A stretch of 64,000 nucleotides of DNA from positions 12,176 through 76,175 of the forward strand of contig CAVZFI010000001.1 in the NCBI GenBank assembly GCA_963774465.1. The letters are read 5' to 3'. Shown in pieces: positions 53,651 to 64,000 of the stretch. Under the pieces are notes generated by a model that did no database searches, was not told the origin of the DNA, and saw only the letters and a list, made by a program, of their open reading frames with translations. How positions within the stretch are numbered: the first letter of the stretch is position 1; every line of letters starts with the position of its first letter. A program made the position numbers and the translations under genes. Source of the DNA: an uncultured Methanosarcinaceae archaeon. Its GTDB lineage: Archaea > Halobacteriota > Methanosarcinia > Methanosarcinales > Methanosarcinaceae.

Positions 53651-54194
53651 GCCTCTCCCCCCTGATAAGCTCGTAGGCTTTTTGAATTGCTTTTGCATTC
53701 TTTTCTGCGACCTTTCCTGCAAAACGAGCATTTACTGCATGCTGGATGGATCCTACATTGATTTCTCCGGTTGCACCCGCAAAAGCTCCAAGGAGGACTG
53801 TGTTTACAATGGGAAGACCTATAATGTCCATTGCCACCTTCGTAGCATCCACGGTCATGACCTTGGCTTTCGTTTTGAGATTCAGGCTTTCCGGCTTTTC
53901 TGTTGTGTTAACAATAATTATTCCATCATCTTTTATCCCGCTTGCAACGTCAACAGTCTCAAGCAGGGTTGCATCCTGGACAATAACATAATCCGGAGTG
54001 TAAATCTGGCTTCTAAGCCTGATTGGACTATTACTAATCCTGGTGAATGCCTGGACTGGGGCACCTCTGCGCTCTACCCCAAAAGCGGGGAAGGCCTGGC
54101 TGAACTTACCATCTTCAAAAGCTGCAATGGAAAGCATCTCAGCCGCGGTAACAGAACCCTGGCCTCCTCGACCGTGTATTCTGATTTCCTTCAT
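53643..54194 (-). CDS. porC: Pyruvate:ferredoxin oxidoreductase gamma subunit
   Basis: [17 protein letters not shown]. Confidence 0.96.
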   Translation of the reverse strand: MKEIRIHGRGGQGSVTAAEMLSIAAFEDGKFSQAFPAFGVERRGAPVQAFTRISNSPIRLRSQIYTPDYVIVQDATLLETVDVASGIKDDGIIIVNTTEKPESLNLKTKAKVMTVDATKVAMDIIGLPIVNTVLLGAFAGATGEINVGSIQHAVNARFAGKVAEKNAKAIQKAYELIRGERRE

Positions 54195-54726
54195 ATGGAT
54201 TCTCCTTTTTAATGCGGTTTTATCTATACTGTTTTTAATGTTTTTTCTAATATCTTTGCTATTCTCGGCAGTCTGTTTGGCAAGTCTTAATTAGCTGTCT
54301 GGCACACTGCTATTAATCGAATTAACCTGATATTATCCAATTTATTAATTTTGTCAGACACAAATCAGCACCTGACTCTTTCTCCAGGCGCCACTGTGAT
54401 ATGCAAATGCAGGTTCAGGGATCCAAAACTCTTGATGGCTAACTGTTAACCTGAGTATATTCATGTTATTGAGTCACAGTTAATATTGAAAACGACGCAT
54501 TTTCAATTAAATGTTCACGCCTTTTGGTGTCCGATAGTTCATGGATAATAGTGTAGATTATTATTAGTTTTTCGGTGAAAATCGAGAAATGGTTTATATA
54601 TATTCCCAATCTATAATTATTTTTTAAATGTATTATATTTATTATTCTCAGGTTAACATGCCTTCAAGTTCTGCTTTATCGGATTCTGGTTGTAAACGAT
54701 TATCCCTTTTAAAAATATGAAGTATT

Positions 54727-55698
54727 TTAATATTTCTCTTTACAGGAACTTCTTATCAGCTCAATTATGGCCTTTCCATCTTTCAGATTATTAATCTTTT
54801 CCCTGATCTGCCGCGAGCCTTGCAAGCCTTTCGTAAACCAGTGGGCATGCATCCTTATATTTACTGACGAAAAAATATTGTGCTCTTCAAGCAAGGCTAT
54901 ATAGGTTTCAAAATCTTCCAGTTGCCGAGCCTGCCTGTCAACCTCGAGTTTCTCTCCGGTTTCCAGATAGTGCCTTATTCTTTTAAAGATAAAGGGATTT
55001 CCCATTGCTGCGCGCCCTATCATAAGCCCGTCACAGCCTGTAAAGTCAAGTGCGCTTCTGGCAGACTCTTCGTCCCTTATATCACCGTTTGCGATCACAG
55101 GAATAGAGAGTTCGTGTTTGACGGCTCTGATCGCTGTAAGATCCGAACTTCCGGAATACATCTGCTCTGCCCTCCTGCCGTGCACTGTCAGGGCCAGAGC
55201 CCCTGCCTTTTCTATCAGGCGTGCAATCTCAAGGGTCTTTTCGTCTCGGTCCAGAATGCGAATCTTTGCAGTTACAGGAGTTTTCAGGACACCTGCCAGC
55301 TCTGAGACTATTTCATATACAAGTTTCTGGGAGTTGAGAAGAGCCGAGCCGCAACCTGTCCCTGTAATACGCTGTACAGGGCAGCCCATATTCACATCGA
55401 TAAGTTCAGGCCTGTATTCGTCCTCAACAAAGATTGCAGCTTCCCTCAGTTTCTCAGGGGAACTTCCTACAAGTTGAACCCCAAAGGGCCGGTCTTCAGG
55501 GGAACTCAATCCTTTAAAAAGTGATTTCCGGTTCTCGTTGAGCAGGGCATCTGCATTTATCATTTCAGTGTACGTGATGTCAGCTCCACTCTGCCTGCAG
55601 AGAAGCCTGAAAGCCAGGTTTGTCACGTCTGCCATAGGTGCAAGAAGAAGGTTTCCAGCAGTTTCGGTCTTGCCTATTTTTAATTTATTTAGTTTCAT
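54727..55698 (-). CDS. dusB: tRNA-dihydrouridine synthase (NifR3/DusB-like)
   Basis: LAPMA, NMGCP, G.GSALL, HGR, ANGD, MIGR. Confidence 0.92.
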   Translation of the reverse strand: MKLNKLKIGKTETAGNLLLAPMADVTNLAFRLLCRQSGADITYTEMINADALLNENRKSLFKGLSSPEDRPFGVQLVGSSPEKLREAAIFVEDEYRPELIDVNMGCPVQRITGTGCGSALLNSQKLVYEIVSELAGVLKTPVTAKIRILDRDEKTLEIARLIEKAGALALTVHGRRAEQMYSGSSDLTAIRAVKHELSIPVIANGDIRDEESARSALDFTGCDGLMIGRAAMGNPFIFKRIRHYLETGEKLEVDRQARQLEDFETYIALLEEHNIFSSVNIRMHAHWFTKGLQGSRQIREKINNLKDGKAIIELIRSSCKEKY

Positions 55699-55885
55699 TT
55701 TTCTAGACTGTTTTTCTAGCTGTTTTTCTAGCTGTTTTTCTAGTTGCTTTTCTAGCTGTTTTTCTAGTTGCTTTTCTAGCGATTTTCTAGTTGCTTTTCT
55801 AGCGATTTTCTCGATTGTTTTTTGATCGTTTTTCTAGCTGCTTTTCTCGATTGTTTTCCTAACTATTCTTCTGATTGTTTTTCTC
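55699..55885. repeat. Degenerate 11-12-bp tandem repeat (TTTTCTAGCTGT) abutting the dus start
   Basis: About 15 units read directly. Confidence 0.88.
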
Positions 55886-56197
55886 ATTCGTTTCCTTTAT
55901 TTATCTGTTTTGGAATTGCTTCTTTTTTTGAAGATTGGCATCTCTAAACATCTCTAATTTACTGTGACCTGTTGAGACTCTCATTATGATCTGTTGAGGT
56001 CCAAAAAGTTCACAGAGCTACCTGGAAAAAATTCGCATCGTTATTAAAATTATGAGAGTAAATAATATATAAAACAGGAATAATATGTAAAACAGGAAAG
56101 CTAAAAACTGTAAAAATGAAGAACAAGATACCTGAACCAGTTAGTTGGGAAAGTTGGTTCAGGAGCTTAAAAAAGTTAAGTGGGTCATACAGACAGT

Positions 56198-56755
56198 TTA
56201 TGAAAAAAACAGCCTTATATATCCCAGATATGGAATCCTGTACTGTGCAATCCCTATAATCCATTCGTCTTTTACAGGCATATCATAGCTTATCTGTCCT
56301 TCCTGGTCAAAGTGCGCATTAGTTATAACGTTGTCTCCTTTCGTAATGTAGCCGGAATACGGAGCAACGGGACCGTCTTTCCACATAGGCTCTCCGGCTT
56401 CCACTCTGTACATGGCCCTATGAATTATCGGGGTTACTCCTTCCTCCCCATAAGGGCGGTAAAGAATCACATTTCCGTAATCTTCAAAGGATTTATAACC
56501 TTTATTTTTTCCTTCCTCATTCGTGATGATGTCCACTCGATCTACACTTTTGATGAAAATAATATCTCCTACCTGCATATGCGGTTCCATACTCCCTGAC
56601 TCCACCGCGACCATAGGAGTCCAGAGTCCGAATGCCAGCTTGGAAAGGAGCATGAAAGCAATCAGGACAACTACAACAGACAGCAAGTCCTTTCCAAGGG
56701 AAACCCAGGGGTTTTCCTGTTCCTGGACACTGTTTTCCTTATTAATTTCGCTCAT
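56198..56755 (-). CDS. Signal peptidase I (archaeal Sec11-type)
   Basis: SGSMEP, GD, IIHR, TKGDN, IPYLG. Confidence 0.93.
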   Translation of the reverse strand: MSEINKENSVQEQENPWVSLGKDLLSVVVVLIAFMLLSKLAFGLWTPMVAVESGSMEPHMQVGDIIFIKSVDRVDIITNEEGKNKGYKSFEDYGNVILYRPYGEEGVTPIIHRAMYRVEAGEPMWKDGPVAPYSGYITKGDNVITNAHFDQEGQISYDMPVKDEWIIGIAQYRIPYLGYIRLFFS

Positions 56756-57345
56756 AATCAGCCTTTATTTTTTTGATTTTATTCTTTTGAGGTGCTGCAT
56801 TAGACTTTATTCCGTCGTATTCTGCCCGAAATATTATTTGATTTAACTTATTTACGGCTCAGGATCATGATATAACCCCCAGGCTATAACACAACCGCAG
56901 AACTATAATACAGCCCTGCACCTACTGTTCTGACTTATATAAACCGACTTGTATAAAGTTAGCTTAAAAATTAGTTTAGTGAATTTTCAGTATATTTACC
57001 TGAAGATTTGTTTTTATTCTATATTAATTTTCAATTTATTCATGAGATTATAATATTTCTGTAATAGTTGCTAAATAATAAGCAAATTTACTTTATTAGA
57101 TCTACTCAGTTCTAAAATAATAAGCAAATCTACTCTATATATCTACTCTATAATAAACAGAGATTAATAACTATAAATATTCCGTCAGAACATACAGAAT
57201 TTCTAATATTCTTCTTATGGTAACAAATAATTTTAGCGCATTAATTTAGTATCTTATTAATTTTTATATTTTAAACAGGCTTTTGCTTTAACCTCTTCAA
57301 GCCTGGAGTCGAATTAGCTCTGATGCCAAATCAGGCTGTAAAGAC

Positions 57346-59373
57346 TTGGATAGGCTAAGGTCAGTTGAGAAAGGTCAGGTCGGAATTATGGACAAAAGCG
57401 ATATAATAAGGGCGGTTACGGAAAAGGAGTATCAGATCAGCCCTGAAGCTGTGGAACTAATAAAATCCAGTGGCTCGCCCGAAGGCCTGCTCAAATATGT
57501 CCTTTCAACTGTCAACGACTCCGTCATTGTCATAGAGGTAGAACATGTGGATTTTGAAGGCTTTGCAGCTTCTGGAAGGGCTTCAAAGCTAATTAATGTA
57601 GAGAATGGAGATATCCCTGGTTTCGAAACTTCAGCAGGGAAATTTCCTTCTGATGAAACACAGGCTTCCTCTCTAAAAAAAGGGGAAATTCTATATGGCT
57701 CCTCTAAACTTTCTTCCAGGTCACATGACTCTCCTTCAGAGCCTGATCTTTCCTTACAGCCTGATATTCCCAGTTTAGATTCTGATCCGGCTCCGGCATC
57801 GTTTCAAAATTTTGTCCCTGATTCCATTTCGGTTCAAGATCCGATCTTTCAACCAGTACCGGATACGCAATCAGGTGCTGTTTCATCCGAGGAAATTCCG
57901 GCTTCTTACCTCGACTCAGGCTCCCTTTCTTCAATGAAAGCAGTCTCTCCGGTTTTTTCCCCTCAATCCTCCCAAGCTGGAAACAGACCAGCTTCTTCTT
58001 TTTTCGGGCACGGAAATCCCCTTCCATCTTCTCCTTCAAACCGGGTTTTCGGTGCAGAGTCATCTTCCTTCATTTCCGGTAAAGGGCGACCTTCTGGTTC
58101 GAAAGACGAAGGGTACAGACATTTTCCAGGAAAGAACCCTGTGACTGTAGTTTCCGATATAACAGGGCATTCTACCTGTATTGGGGAATATATGCAGTTT
58201 GTGCAGTATTTCAGAGATAGATACAGCAGGCTTTCTGAGATTATCCGGGGAAGGATCAACGCACGCCCCATCGAAAGTTTGAAAAGGAGAAGTTTCCGCC
58301 GCGGAGGAGACGGAGGTTCTGAGGAAATCTCGATTATAGGCATGGTTTCAGATATCAGCAGCACAACTAACGGCCATAAAATCTTTTCTCTCGAGGACTC
58401 GACGGGCTCTTTTTCAGTCCTTATTCGAAATGCAGATAAGGAGCTCTTTGAACTGGCCTCAAGAATTCTACTGGATGAGGTCATAGGGGTAACGGGTTCG
58501 GTAACTAATGATGGAAGTCTGATGATTGCCACAAAGCTAATCCAGCCCGATGTTCCCAATAACGTTCAGCGCAGAACCGGAAGTCACGGGAAAGCTGTAC
58601 TGATTTCGGACGTGCATGTAGGCAGTTCCCAGTTTCTTGAAGATCCCTGGCTTGATTTCCTGGACTTCTTGAAAGGAGAATCTGACTCAGAATCCATGCG
58701 GGAACTTGCAGCCAGCATCCGTTATCTTGTTGTCGCAGGAGACCTTGTTGATGGAATCGGGATCTATCCTGACCAGGAAATGGAACTTGATATTCTGGAT
58801 GTCTATGCACAGTACAGGAAGGCTGCCGAGTATTTCAGGGAGATTCCTGAGCATATTCGCGTGATCATAAGTCCGGGCAACCACGACGCTGTCCGGCAGG
58901 CAGAACCCCAGCCCGCCCTGCCGGAAAGCATTCAGGCAGATTTTCCCAAGAATATTATCTTCGTTGGTAATCCTGCTCTTGTGGATCTTGACGGCGTTAG
59001 CATTCTAATCTACCACGGCAGGTCTATTGATGACCTTGTGGCAAGTATCCCGGGAGTCTCGTATCAAGAACCTGCAGGGGCAGTCCTTGAAATGGTAAAG
59101 CGCAGGCATCTTGCTCCGACTTATGGGAGCAGGGTTTCCATATCCCCTGAAAAAAAGGACTATTTTGTAATCGATTCTGTGCCTGACATCATCCATACAG
59201 GCCATGTCCATACCCTTGGAGTTCAGCGCTATAAAAATATTCTTCTTGTTAATTCCGGGACCTGGCAGGCACAGACAGAATTCCAGAAACGTGTGAATCT
59301 CATGCCTGTGCCTGCCAGAGTCCCGATTGTCGATCTTGCGGACTTTGAAGTACAGATCCTGGGATTTGACTGA
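57346..59373 (+). CDS. polD1: DNA polymerase D small (exonuclease, DP1) subunit
   Basis: YFRDRY, ISDVHVGS, GDLVDG, PGNHD, YHG, RRHLAP, GHVH. Probable start 57388. Confidence 0.96.
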   Translation: MDRLRSVEKGQVGIMDKSDIIRAVTEKEYQISPEAVELIKSSGSPEGLLKYVLSTVNDSVIVIEVEHVDFEGFAASGRASKLINVENGDIPGFETSAGKFPSDETQASSLKKGEILYGSSKLSSRSHDSPSEPDLSLQPDIPSLDSDPAPASFQNFVPDSISVQDPIFQPVPDTQSGAVSSEEIPASYLDSGSLSSMKAVSPVFSPQSSQAGNRPASSFFGHGNPLPSSPSNRVFGAESSSFISGKGRPSGSKDEGYRHFPGKNPVTVVSDITGHSTCIGEYMQFVQYFRDRYSRLSEIIRGRINARPIESLKRRSFRRGGDGGSEEISIIGMVSDISSTTNGHKIFSLEDSTGSFSVLIRNADKELFELASRILLDEVIGVTGSVTNDGSLMIATKLIQPDVPNNVQRRTGSHGKAVLISDVHVGSSQFLEDPWLDFLDFLKGESDSESMRELAASIRYLVVAGDLVDGIGIYPDQEMELDILDVYAQYRKAAEYFREIPEHIRVIISPGNHDAVRQAEPQPALPESIQADFPKNIIFVGNPALVDLDGVSILIYHGRSIDDLVASIPGVSYQEPAGAVLEMVKRRHLAPTYGSRVSISPEKKDYFVIDSVPDIIHTGHVHTLGVQRYKNILLVNSGTWQAQTEFQKRVNLMPVPARVPIVDLADFEVQILGFD

Positions 59374-59545
59374 TTTCAATTGATTTTTGACCGATTTTTG
59401 ATCATTTTCACGGATTTTTGATTGAGCTTCGACCGATTTCAACTGGTTTTGGCTGGCTTTGATTGGTTTCGACTTATTTTTACCGATTTCAACCGATTTC
59501 GGCTGTTTTTGGCTGGTTTCGATTGATTATGGTTGAGTTTGATCT
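59365..59545. repeat. Degenerate 10-bp tandem repeat (GACTGATTTY) starting at the polD1 stop
   Basis: About 17 units; the first is GAC TGA. Confidence 0.8.
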
Positions 59546-59598
59546 GAAAGCCGACCTGGCTTGGATGGCGGTCAGATAGCAGCCCTGAAATATTTCCA

Positions 59599-60711
59599 TT
59601 GAGCCACCGAAACCCTCATCAAATCCTCTCCAATATTATTTTCCGATCCTTATATATACAACAAAGATTTAATATGCGAAAAATGCCGCTGGAAGAACAA
59701 AATGAAAATCCGGGGGGAGATTCTCTGGAAACTCAGGAAGAAAATCGGGATGAAGAAAGTACTTTTCTTATCTTTGATATCCCTGATTTTAAAACTCTCC
59801 TGAAAAAGCAGGGCTATGCCCTTGCAGGCCGCCATTCGGCTGTTAAGACCTGCCTCTGGCTCAGACACGCTATGAACGGTCAGGGCTTTTGCTATAAATC
59901 CAAGTTCTATGGAGTTCAGTCCCACCGCTGCCTTCAGATGACCCCAACTCTTATGTGTAACCAGCGTTGCCTCTTCTGCTGGCGCCCGACTGAAGTTCCT
60001 GTTCCTGCGCCCGGAGAATGGGACTCTCCTGAGAAAATAGTCGAAGAAAGCATTGCCTGCCAGCGTAAGCTAATCACGGGGTTTGGAGGCTCTCCTAATG
60101 CACTTCGAGAACGCTGGCTTGAGGGCAATGAGCCGAACAATGTTGCAATTTCCCTATCCGGAGAGCCAACCTTTTACCCTTATCTCCCGGAACTTATCGA
60201 GGAATACGAAAAAAGAGGTTTTACAACTTTTCTTGTCACAAACGGGACAGTCCCAGACATGCTTGCAAAGGTTTCTCCTTCCCAGCTCTACATGAGTCTC
60301 GATGCCCCGGATCTTGAAACCTATCTAAAGGTCTGCCAGCCCAAATCGCCTGCACTCTGGGAAAAGATCAATGAATCTCTGTCCCTGATGAAACAGAAAA
60401 AATCAAGGACAGTCATCCGGACAACTCTGGTTAAAGGTAAAAACATGTTCAATCCGGATGGCTATGCCAGGCTGATAAAAGAAGCCTCTCCTGATTTTGT
60501 GGAAGTAAAAGCATACATGCATCTGGGCTTCTCACGGCTCCGCCTTGACCGCTCTGCAATGCCGACTCATGAAGAGGTTCTGGAGTTCTCACAGGAACTT
60601 GCAAAGCACCTGGGATATGAAATCGCAGATGAATCCGAAATCAGCAGGGTAGTCCTGCTCTCGAAGGACGGGAAAAAGTCTGCTGTTAAAAAGACTTCCT
60701 ATCTTGATTAA
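59599..60711 (+). CDS. taw1: 4-demethylwyosine synthase (radical SAM)
   Basis: HSAVKTC.W, CYK.KFYG..SHRC, CNQRCLFCWR, SLSGEPT. Probable start 59673-59682. Confidence 0.95.
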   Translation: MSHRNPHQILSNIIFRSLYIQQRFNMRKMPLEEQNENPGGDSLETQEENRDEESTFLIFDIPDFKTLLKKQGYALAGRHSAVKTCLWLRHAMNGQGFCYKSKFYGVQSHRCLQMTPTLMCNQRCLFCWRPTEVPVPAPGEWDSPEKIVEESIACQRKLITGFGGSPNALRERWLEGNEPNNVAISLSGEPTFYPYLPELIEEYEKRGFTTFLVTNGTVPDMLAKVSPSQLYMSLDAPDLETYLKVCQPKSPALWEKINESLSLMKQKKSRTVIRTTLVKGKNMFNPDGYARLIKEASPDFVEVKAYMHLGFSRLRLDRSAMPTHEEVLEFSQELAKHLGYEIADESEISRVVLLSKDGKKSAVKKTSYLD

Positions 60712-60860
60712 CCCAAAATTCCCTGACCTGATTAACCCAAATCTTCCGTCTTGATTAATCAGATCTTCTGGCTCAGGTCTCCTGGTTTGATTAATCCAGA
60801 TCTTCTGGCTCAGGCCTCCTGATTTGATTAATCCAGATCTTCTGGCTTGATTAAACCTGA
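60703..60860. repeat. Irregular repeats anchored on TGATTAA (the taw1 end), including a ~37-bp duplication
   Basis: Six TGATTAA-containing units. Confidence 0.8.
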
Positions 60861-61517
60861 ATTAGCTAAGTTAAGTTCATAGTCGAATTTTCACTCTTGA
60901 CTTAGCTTTATTTTTCTTCCCGCTTTTAGAGAAAAATAATTTCTTAAGTAGAAACCGATTACAGCAATGTACAGGAATATCTTTATATGTGTATGAATAT
61001 ATAAAATAAGTCAGAGGATAGAAACAAATATAAACTCAAGTTTCAATTAGGGTATGATCCGATCAGGGGTTAATCCAATTTTAAACTAATTAGACACAGT
61101 ATGAGTAAAATTATGTCTCACATCTAGTGCGATCAACAGAACACGAAACAGGCAGGTTTACGCGGCATAAGAGCTGGCTTTTTACCGGAAATCCGGGGTG
61201 CTGGCTATCTTGCAGGCGTATTCTTACACTCAGATTCTCGTGTTCGAAGCGGTTTTTATATTTCGGCTTACGGTCGAGACAGGAACTCGCTGTGTGTTTT
61301 GTCCTTAACAAATTCTCAGTTTACTTTGACTAGTTAATGAAAAGCTAAACGAATTATAAACTGAACAACAAAATTCATTATGACCTCAGATTGAGACCTC
61401 AATAATCTCAACAATCTTAACAATCTCAAAAATCTCTCAAATTCAAAAACGGGTTTAATCTCAAATTTACCGGAATTACCAGAATTTTGTTACTTTCTTT
61501 ATCGGGGAATCTTTAAA

Positions 61518-62765
61518 ATGACTGAACAAACTGCACATGAAAAATACGAATTTAAAAAGAAGCTTGAAGGCCTGAGGGATAAGAAGGGAAGAAGTACTGA
61601 GCTTATTACCATTTACATCCCTCCCGACAAGCAGATTTTCGACGTTACAAACCAGTTGAAAGACGAGCATGGTCAGGCTGCAAACATCAAGTCCAAGCTC
61701 ACCAGGACGAATGTACAGGGAGCCATTGAATCTCTGCTCTCAAGACTTAGATATCTGGATAAAGTTCCTGAAAACGGAATCGTATATTTCACAGGGGCTG
61801 TGGATATCGGAGCCAACAAGACTAACATGGAGAGCGAAGTAATTGTCCCTCCTGAACCTATCACTGTTTACAAATACCATTGTGACTCCTCTTTCTATCT
61901 TGAACCTCTTGAGGATATGCTCAAGGACAAGGGTACCTTCGGGCTTCTGGTCCTTGACCGCAGGGAAGCTACAGTAGGGCTTCTGGTCGGAAAGCGGATC
62001 CAGGCCTTCCGCAACCTTACCTCAACAGTTCCGGGGAAGCAAAGAAAGGGTGGTCAGAGTGCTCACCGTTTCCAGCAGCTCAGGCTGATTGCCATCCATG
62101 AGTTCTATAAGAGGATAGGAGATGCCGCAAGTGAAATTTTCCTTGCCGTTGACCCTAAAGATCTCAAAGGCATACTGATAGGGGGACCTTCTCCTACAAA
62201 AGAAGAATTCCACGCCGGTGAGTTTCTGCATCACGAACTTATGAAGAAAATCCTCGGGCTCTTTGATATAGCATATACTGACGAATCCGGGCTTTCGGAA
62301 TTGGTAAACGCTGCCGGAGAAAAGCTTCAGGATCTTGAACTCATGGGGCAGAAGAACGCCGTCAGGGCCTTCTTCAAAGAACTCATTTCCGACTCAGGCA
62401 AAGTAGCCTATGGGGAAACCCAGGTTCGGGCAAACCTTGAAATCAATTCTGTGGATGTACTCTTGCTCTCCGAAGATCTGCGGGCTGAAAGGGTAACCAC
62501 AAAGTGCAGTGTTTGCGGATATGAAAATAAGTGGACACGGCGCTGGAAACCCGGAGAACCTGCCCCTACAGCCGGGAACTGCCCGAATTGCGGCGCTTCC
62601 CTTGACGTCACGGATGTTATCGATGTCGTGGATGAGCTCTCAGCGCTTGCTGACAAAAGCAATGCAAAAGTTGTTTTCGTGTCTACGGACTTTGACGAAG
62701 GTTCCCAGCTCATGAACGCCTTCGGAGGCATTGCTGCAACCCTCAGGTACAATACCGGAGTCTGA
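61518..62765 (+). CDS. prf1: Peptide chain release factor aRF1
   Basis: NIKS, Y.C...F, GGQ, C-terminal zinc-ribbon minidomain. Confidence 0.97.
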   Translation: MTEQTAHEKYEFKKKLEGLRDKKGRSTELITIYIPPDKQIFDVTNQLKDEHGQAANIKSKLTRTNVQGAIESLLSRLRYLDKVPENGIVYFTGAVDIGANKTNMESEVIVPPEPITVYKYHCDSSFYLEPLEDMLKDKGTFGLLVLDRREATVGLLVGKRIQAFRNLTSTVPGKQRKGGQSAHRFQQLRLIAIHEFYKRIGDAASEIFLAVDPKDLKGILIGGPSPTKEEFHAGEFLHHELMKKILGLFDIAYTDESGLSELVNAAGEKLQDLELMGQKNAVRAFFKELISDSGKVAYGETQVRANLEINSVDVLLLSEDLRAERVTTKCSVCGYENKWTRRWKPGEPAPTAGNCPNCGASLDVTDVIDVVDELSALADKSNAKVVFVSTDFDEGSQLMNAFGGIAATLRYNTGV

Positions 62766-62773
62766 TCTTCTTC

Positions 62774-62890
62774 AGGGGACAGATTCCCCTATCCAATACT
62801 TTTTTACCAAACACTTTTTATTCAATATTTTTTACCCAATATTTTTTACCCAATATTTTTTGTCCAATACTTTTTATCCAATACTTTTTT
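62774..62890 (+). terminator. Hairpin followed by repeated CCAATA(T)n tracts
   Basis: AGGGGA-CAGAT-TCCCCT, then ~12-13-bp T-rich repeats. Confidence 0.55.
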
Positions 62891-62976
62891 AATTAAACTA
62901 TCCGTAGATCAGTGGATCAGAAATTAATAAATTAAAGTTATCACATTGTTTTCGTAGTTTTTACAGGTGATTTATC

Positions 62977-64000
62977 TTGTTTCTGGAACTCAAAGCTCAG
63001 GCTACATCAATCTTAAAAGACGCTATTGTAAAGGTAGGGTTTGAGATTGAGGATTCCGAACTTTATTTCGAAACCTCTTCTCACGCCGACCTTGCAAGCA
63101 GGGCTGCCTTCAGGCTGGCGAGCCTTTACAAACAGAATCCTAAGGAGCTTGCATCCCGTATCGCATCTGCAATCGAAATTCCGGATGGCTCTTATATCGG
63201 AGAAGTAAGTGCTTCAGGCCCTTACATCAACTTCCACGCAGGCAGGCACTACCTGAACGGAACTATAACTGCAGTCCTTGAAGAAAAGGAAAAGTTCGGC
63301 TGCGGAGCGCCAAAGGATAAAATCCTCCTTGAGCACACCTCAGCAAACCCGAACGGTCCGTTGCATGTGGGGCACATTCGAAATTCCATTATCGGAGACA
63401 CTCTTGCCCGCATTCTCAGGCGAGCAGGATTTGATGTTGAGGTACAGTACTATGTCAATGATATGGGCCGCCAGATTGCAGTAGTTTCCTGGGCATGCGA
63501 ACGCTTCGAGCTTGACCTTTCCAGAAAATCCGATTCTGCCATTGCTGACGTATATATAAAAGCCAATGTCGAGCTGGATAAAAACCCGGAGTATGTAAAG
63601 GAAATTGATGCTCTCATGGAAAAGGTAGAAACCGGGGATGTCAGGACAATCGATAGTTTTGATAAGGCAGTTTCCCTGGCTATTTCCGGAATCAAGGAAA
63701 CCCTGCTTCGCTTAAATGTGGTCCACGATAAATTTGTCAGTGAATCCCGTTTCCTTAAATCCGGAGCTGTACACGACATTGTCGAGAGGATTAAGGCGAC
63801 AGGGAGGACAAAAACGGACAAAGGAGCCCTTGTGGTAGATCTTTCGGATTACGGGTTTGAGAAAACCCTTGTTATTCAGCGTTCAAACGGCACCTCTCTT
63901 TACACCACAAGAGATCTTGCCTACCACGAATGGAAAGCCGGACAGGCAGACCGTATAATCGATGTTTTTGGAGCTGACCACAAGCTGATTTCAGGCCAGC
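62977..64000 (+). CDS. argS: Arginine-tRNA ligase, 3' end outside the window
   Basis: Missing from the ORF track. TTG start after AGGTGA; GPYINF, EHTSANPNGPLHVGH, YYVNDMGRQ, LY.TRDLAYH. Confidence 0.96.
   Translation, partial: MFLELKAQATSILKDAIVKVGFEIEDSELYFETSSHADLASRAAFRLASLYKQNPKELASRIASAIEIPDGSYIGEVSASGPYINFHAGRHYLNGTITAVLEEKEKFGCGAPKDKILLEHTSANPNGPLHVGHIRNSIIGDTLARILRRAGFDVEVQYYVNDMGRQIAVVSWACERFELDLSRKSDSAIADVYIKANVELDKNPEYVKEIDALMEKVETGDVRTIDSFDKAVSLAISGIKETLLRLNVVHDKFVSESRFLKSGAVHDIVERIKATGRTKTDKGALVVDLSDYGFEKTLVIQRSNGTSLYTTRDLAYHEWKAGQADRIIDVFGADHKLISGQ

Overview
Archaeal chromosomal DNA, almost certainly Methanosarcina (mfnA, ftr, porCDAB, long AT-rich intergenic regions packed with short tandem repeats, and only 1 of 45 complete genes ending in TAG). 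The window spans the replication origin: cdc6/orc1 plus a 2.5-kb intergenic region with four ORB elements around an AT-rich core. It also holds dnaG (partial), rpa, the PolD small subunit, three RNA end-processing enzymes, five tandem stand-alone CBS-domain genes, a SelB-like GTPase, a complete che cluster, a DtxR-family regulator with a Zn/Mn ABC transporter, porCDAB, dus, taw1, aRF1 and argS (partial). Strongest leads: (1) ORB copies 15-21 kb from the origin, one pair just upstream of the CBS cluster, one inside rtcA and one mirror-oriented on the other arm; (2) a 3-kb accessory island at 48.0-51.1 kb with a degenerate ~40-bp array, a structured ~230-nt leader, an orphan 151-aa ORF, an inverted-repeat-bounded AAAAACGG array and a headless STAND-type NTPase-TPR gene; (3) a ~500-nt hairpin-dense region upstream of dnaG; (4) ATA in place of the ftr start codon; (5) tandem repeats seeded on stop codons. 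All calls are by eye, without database searches or folding software, so novelty is unverified.
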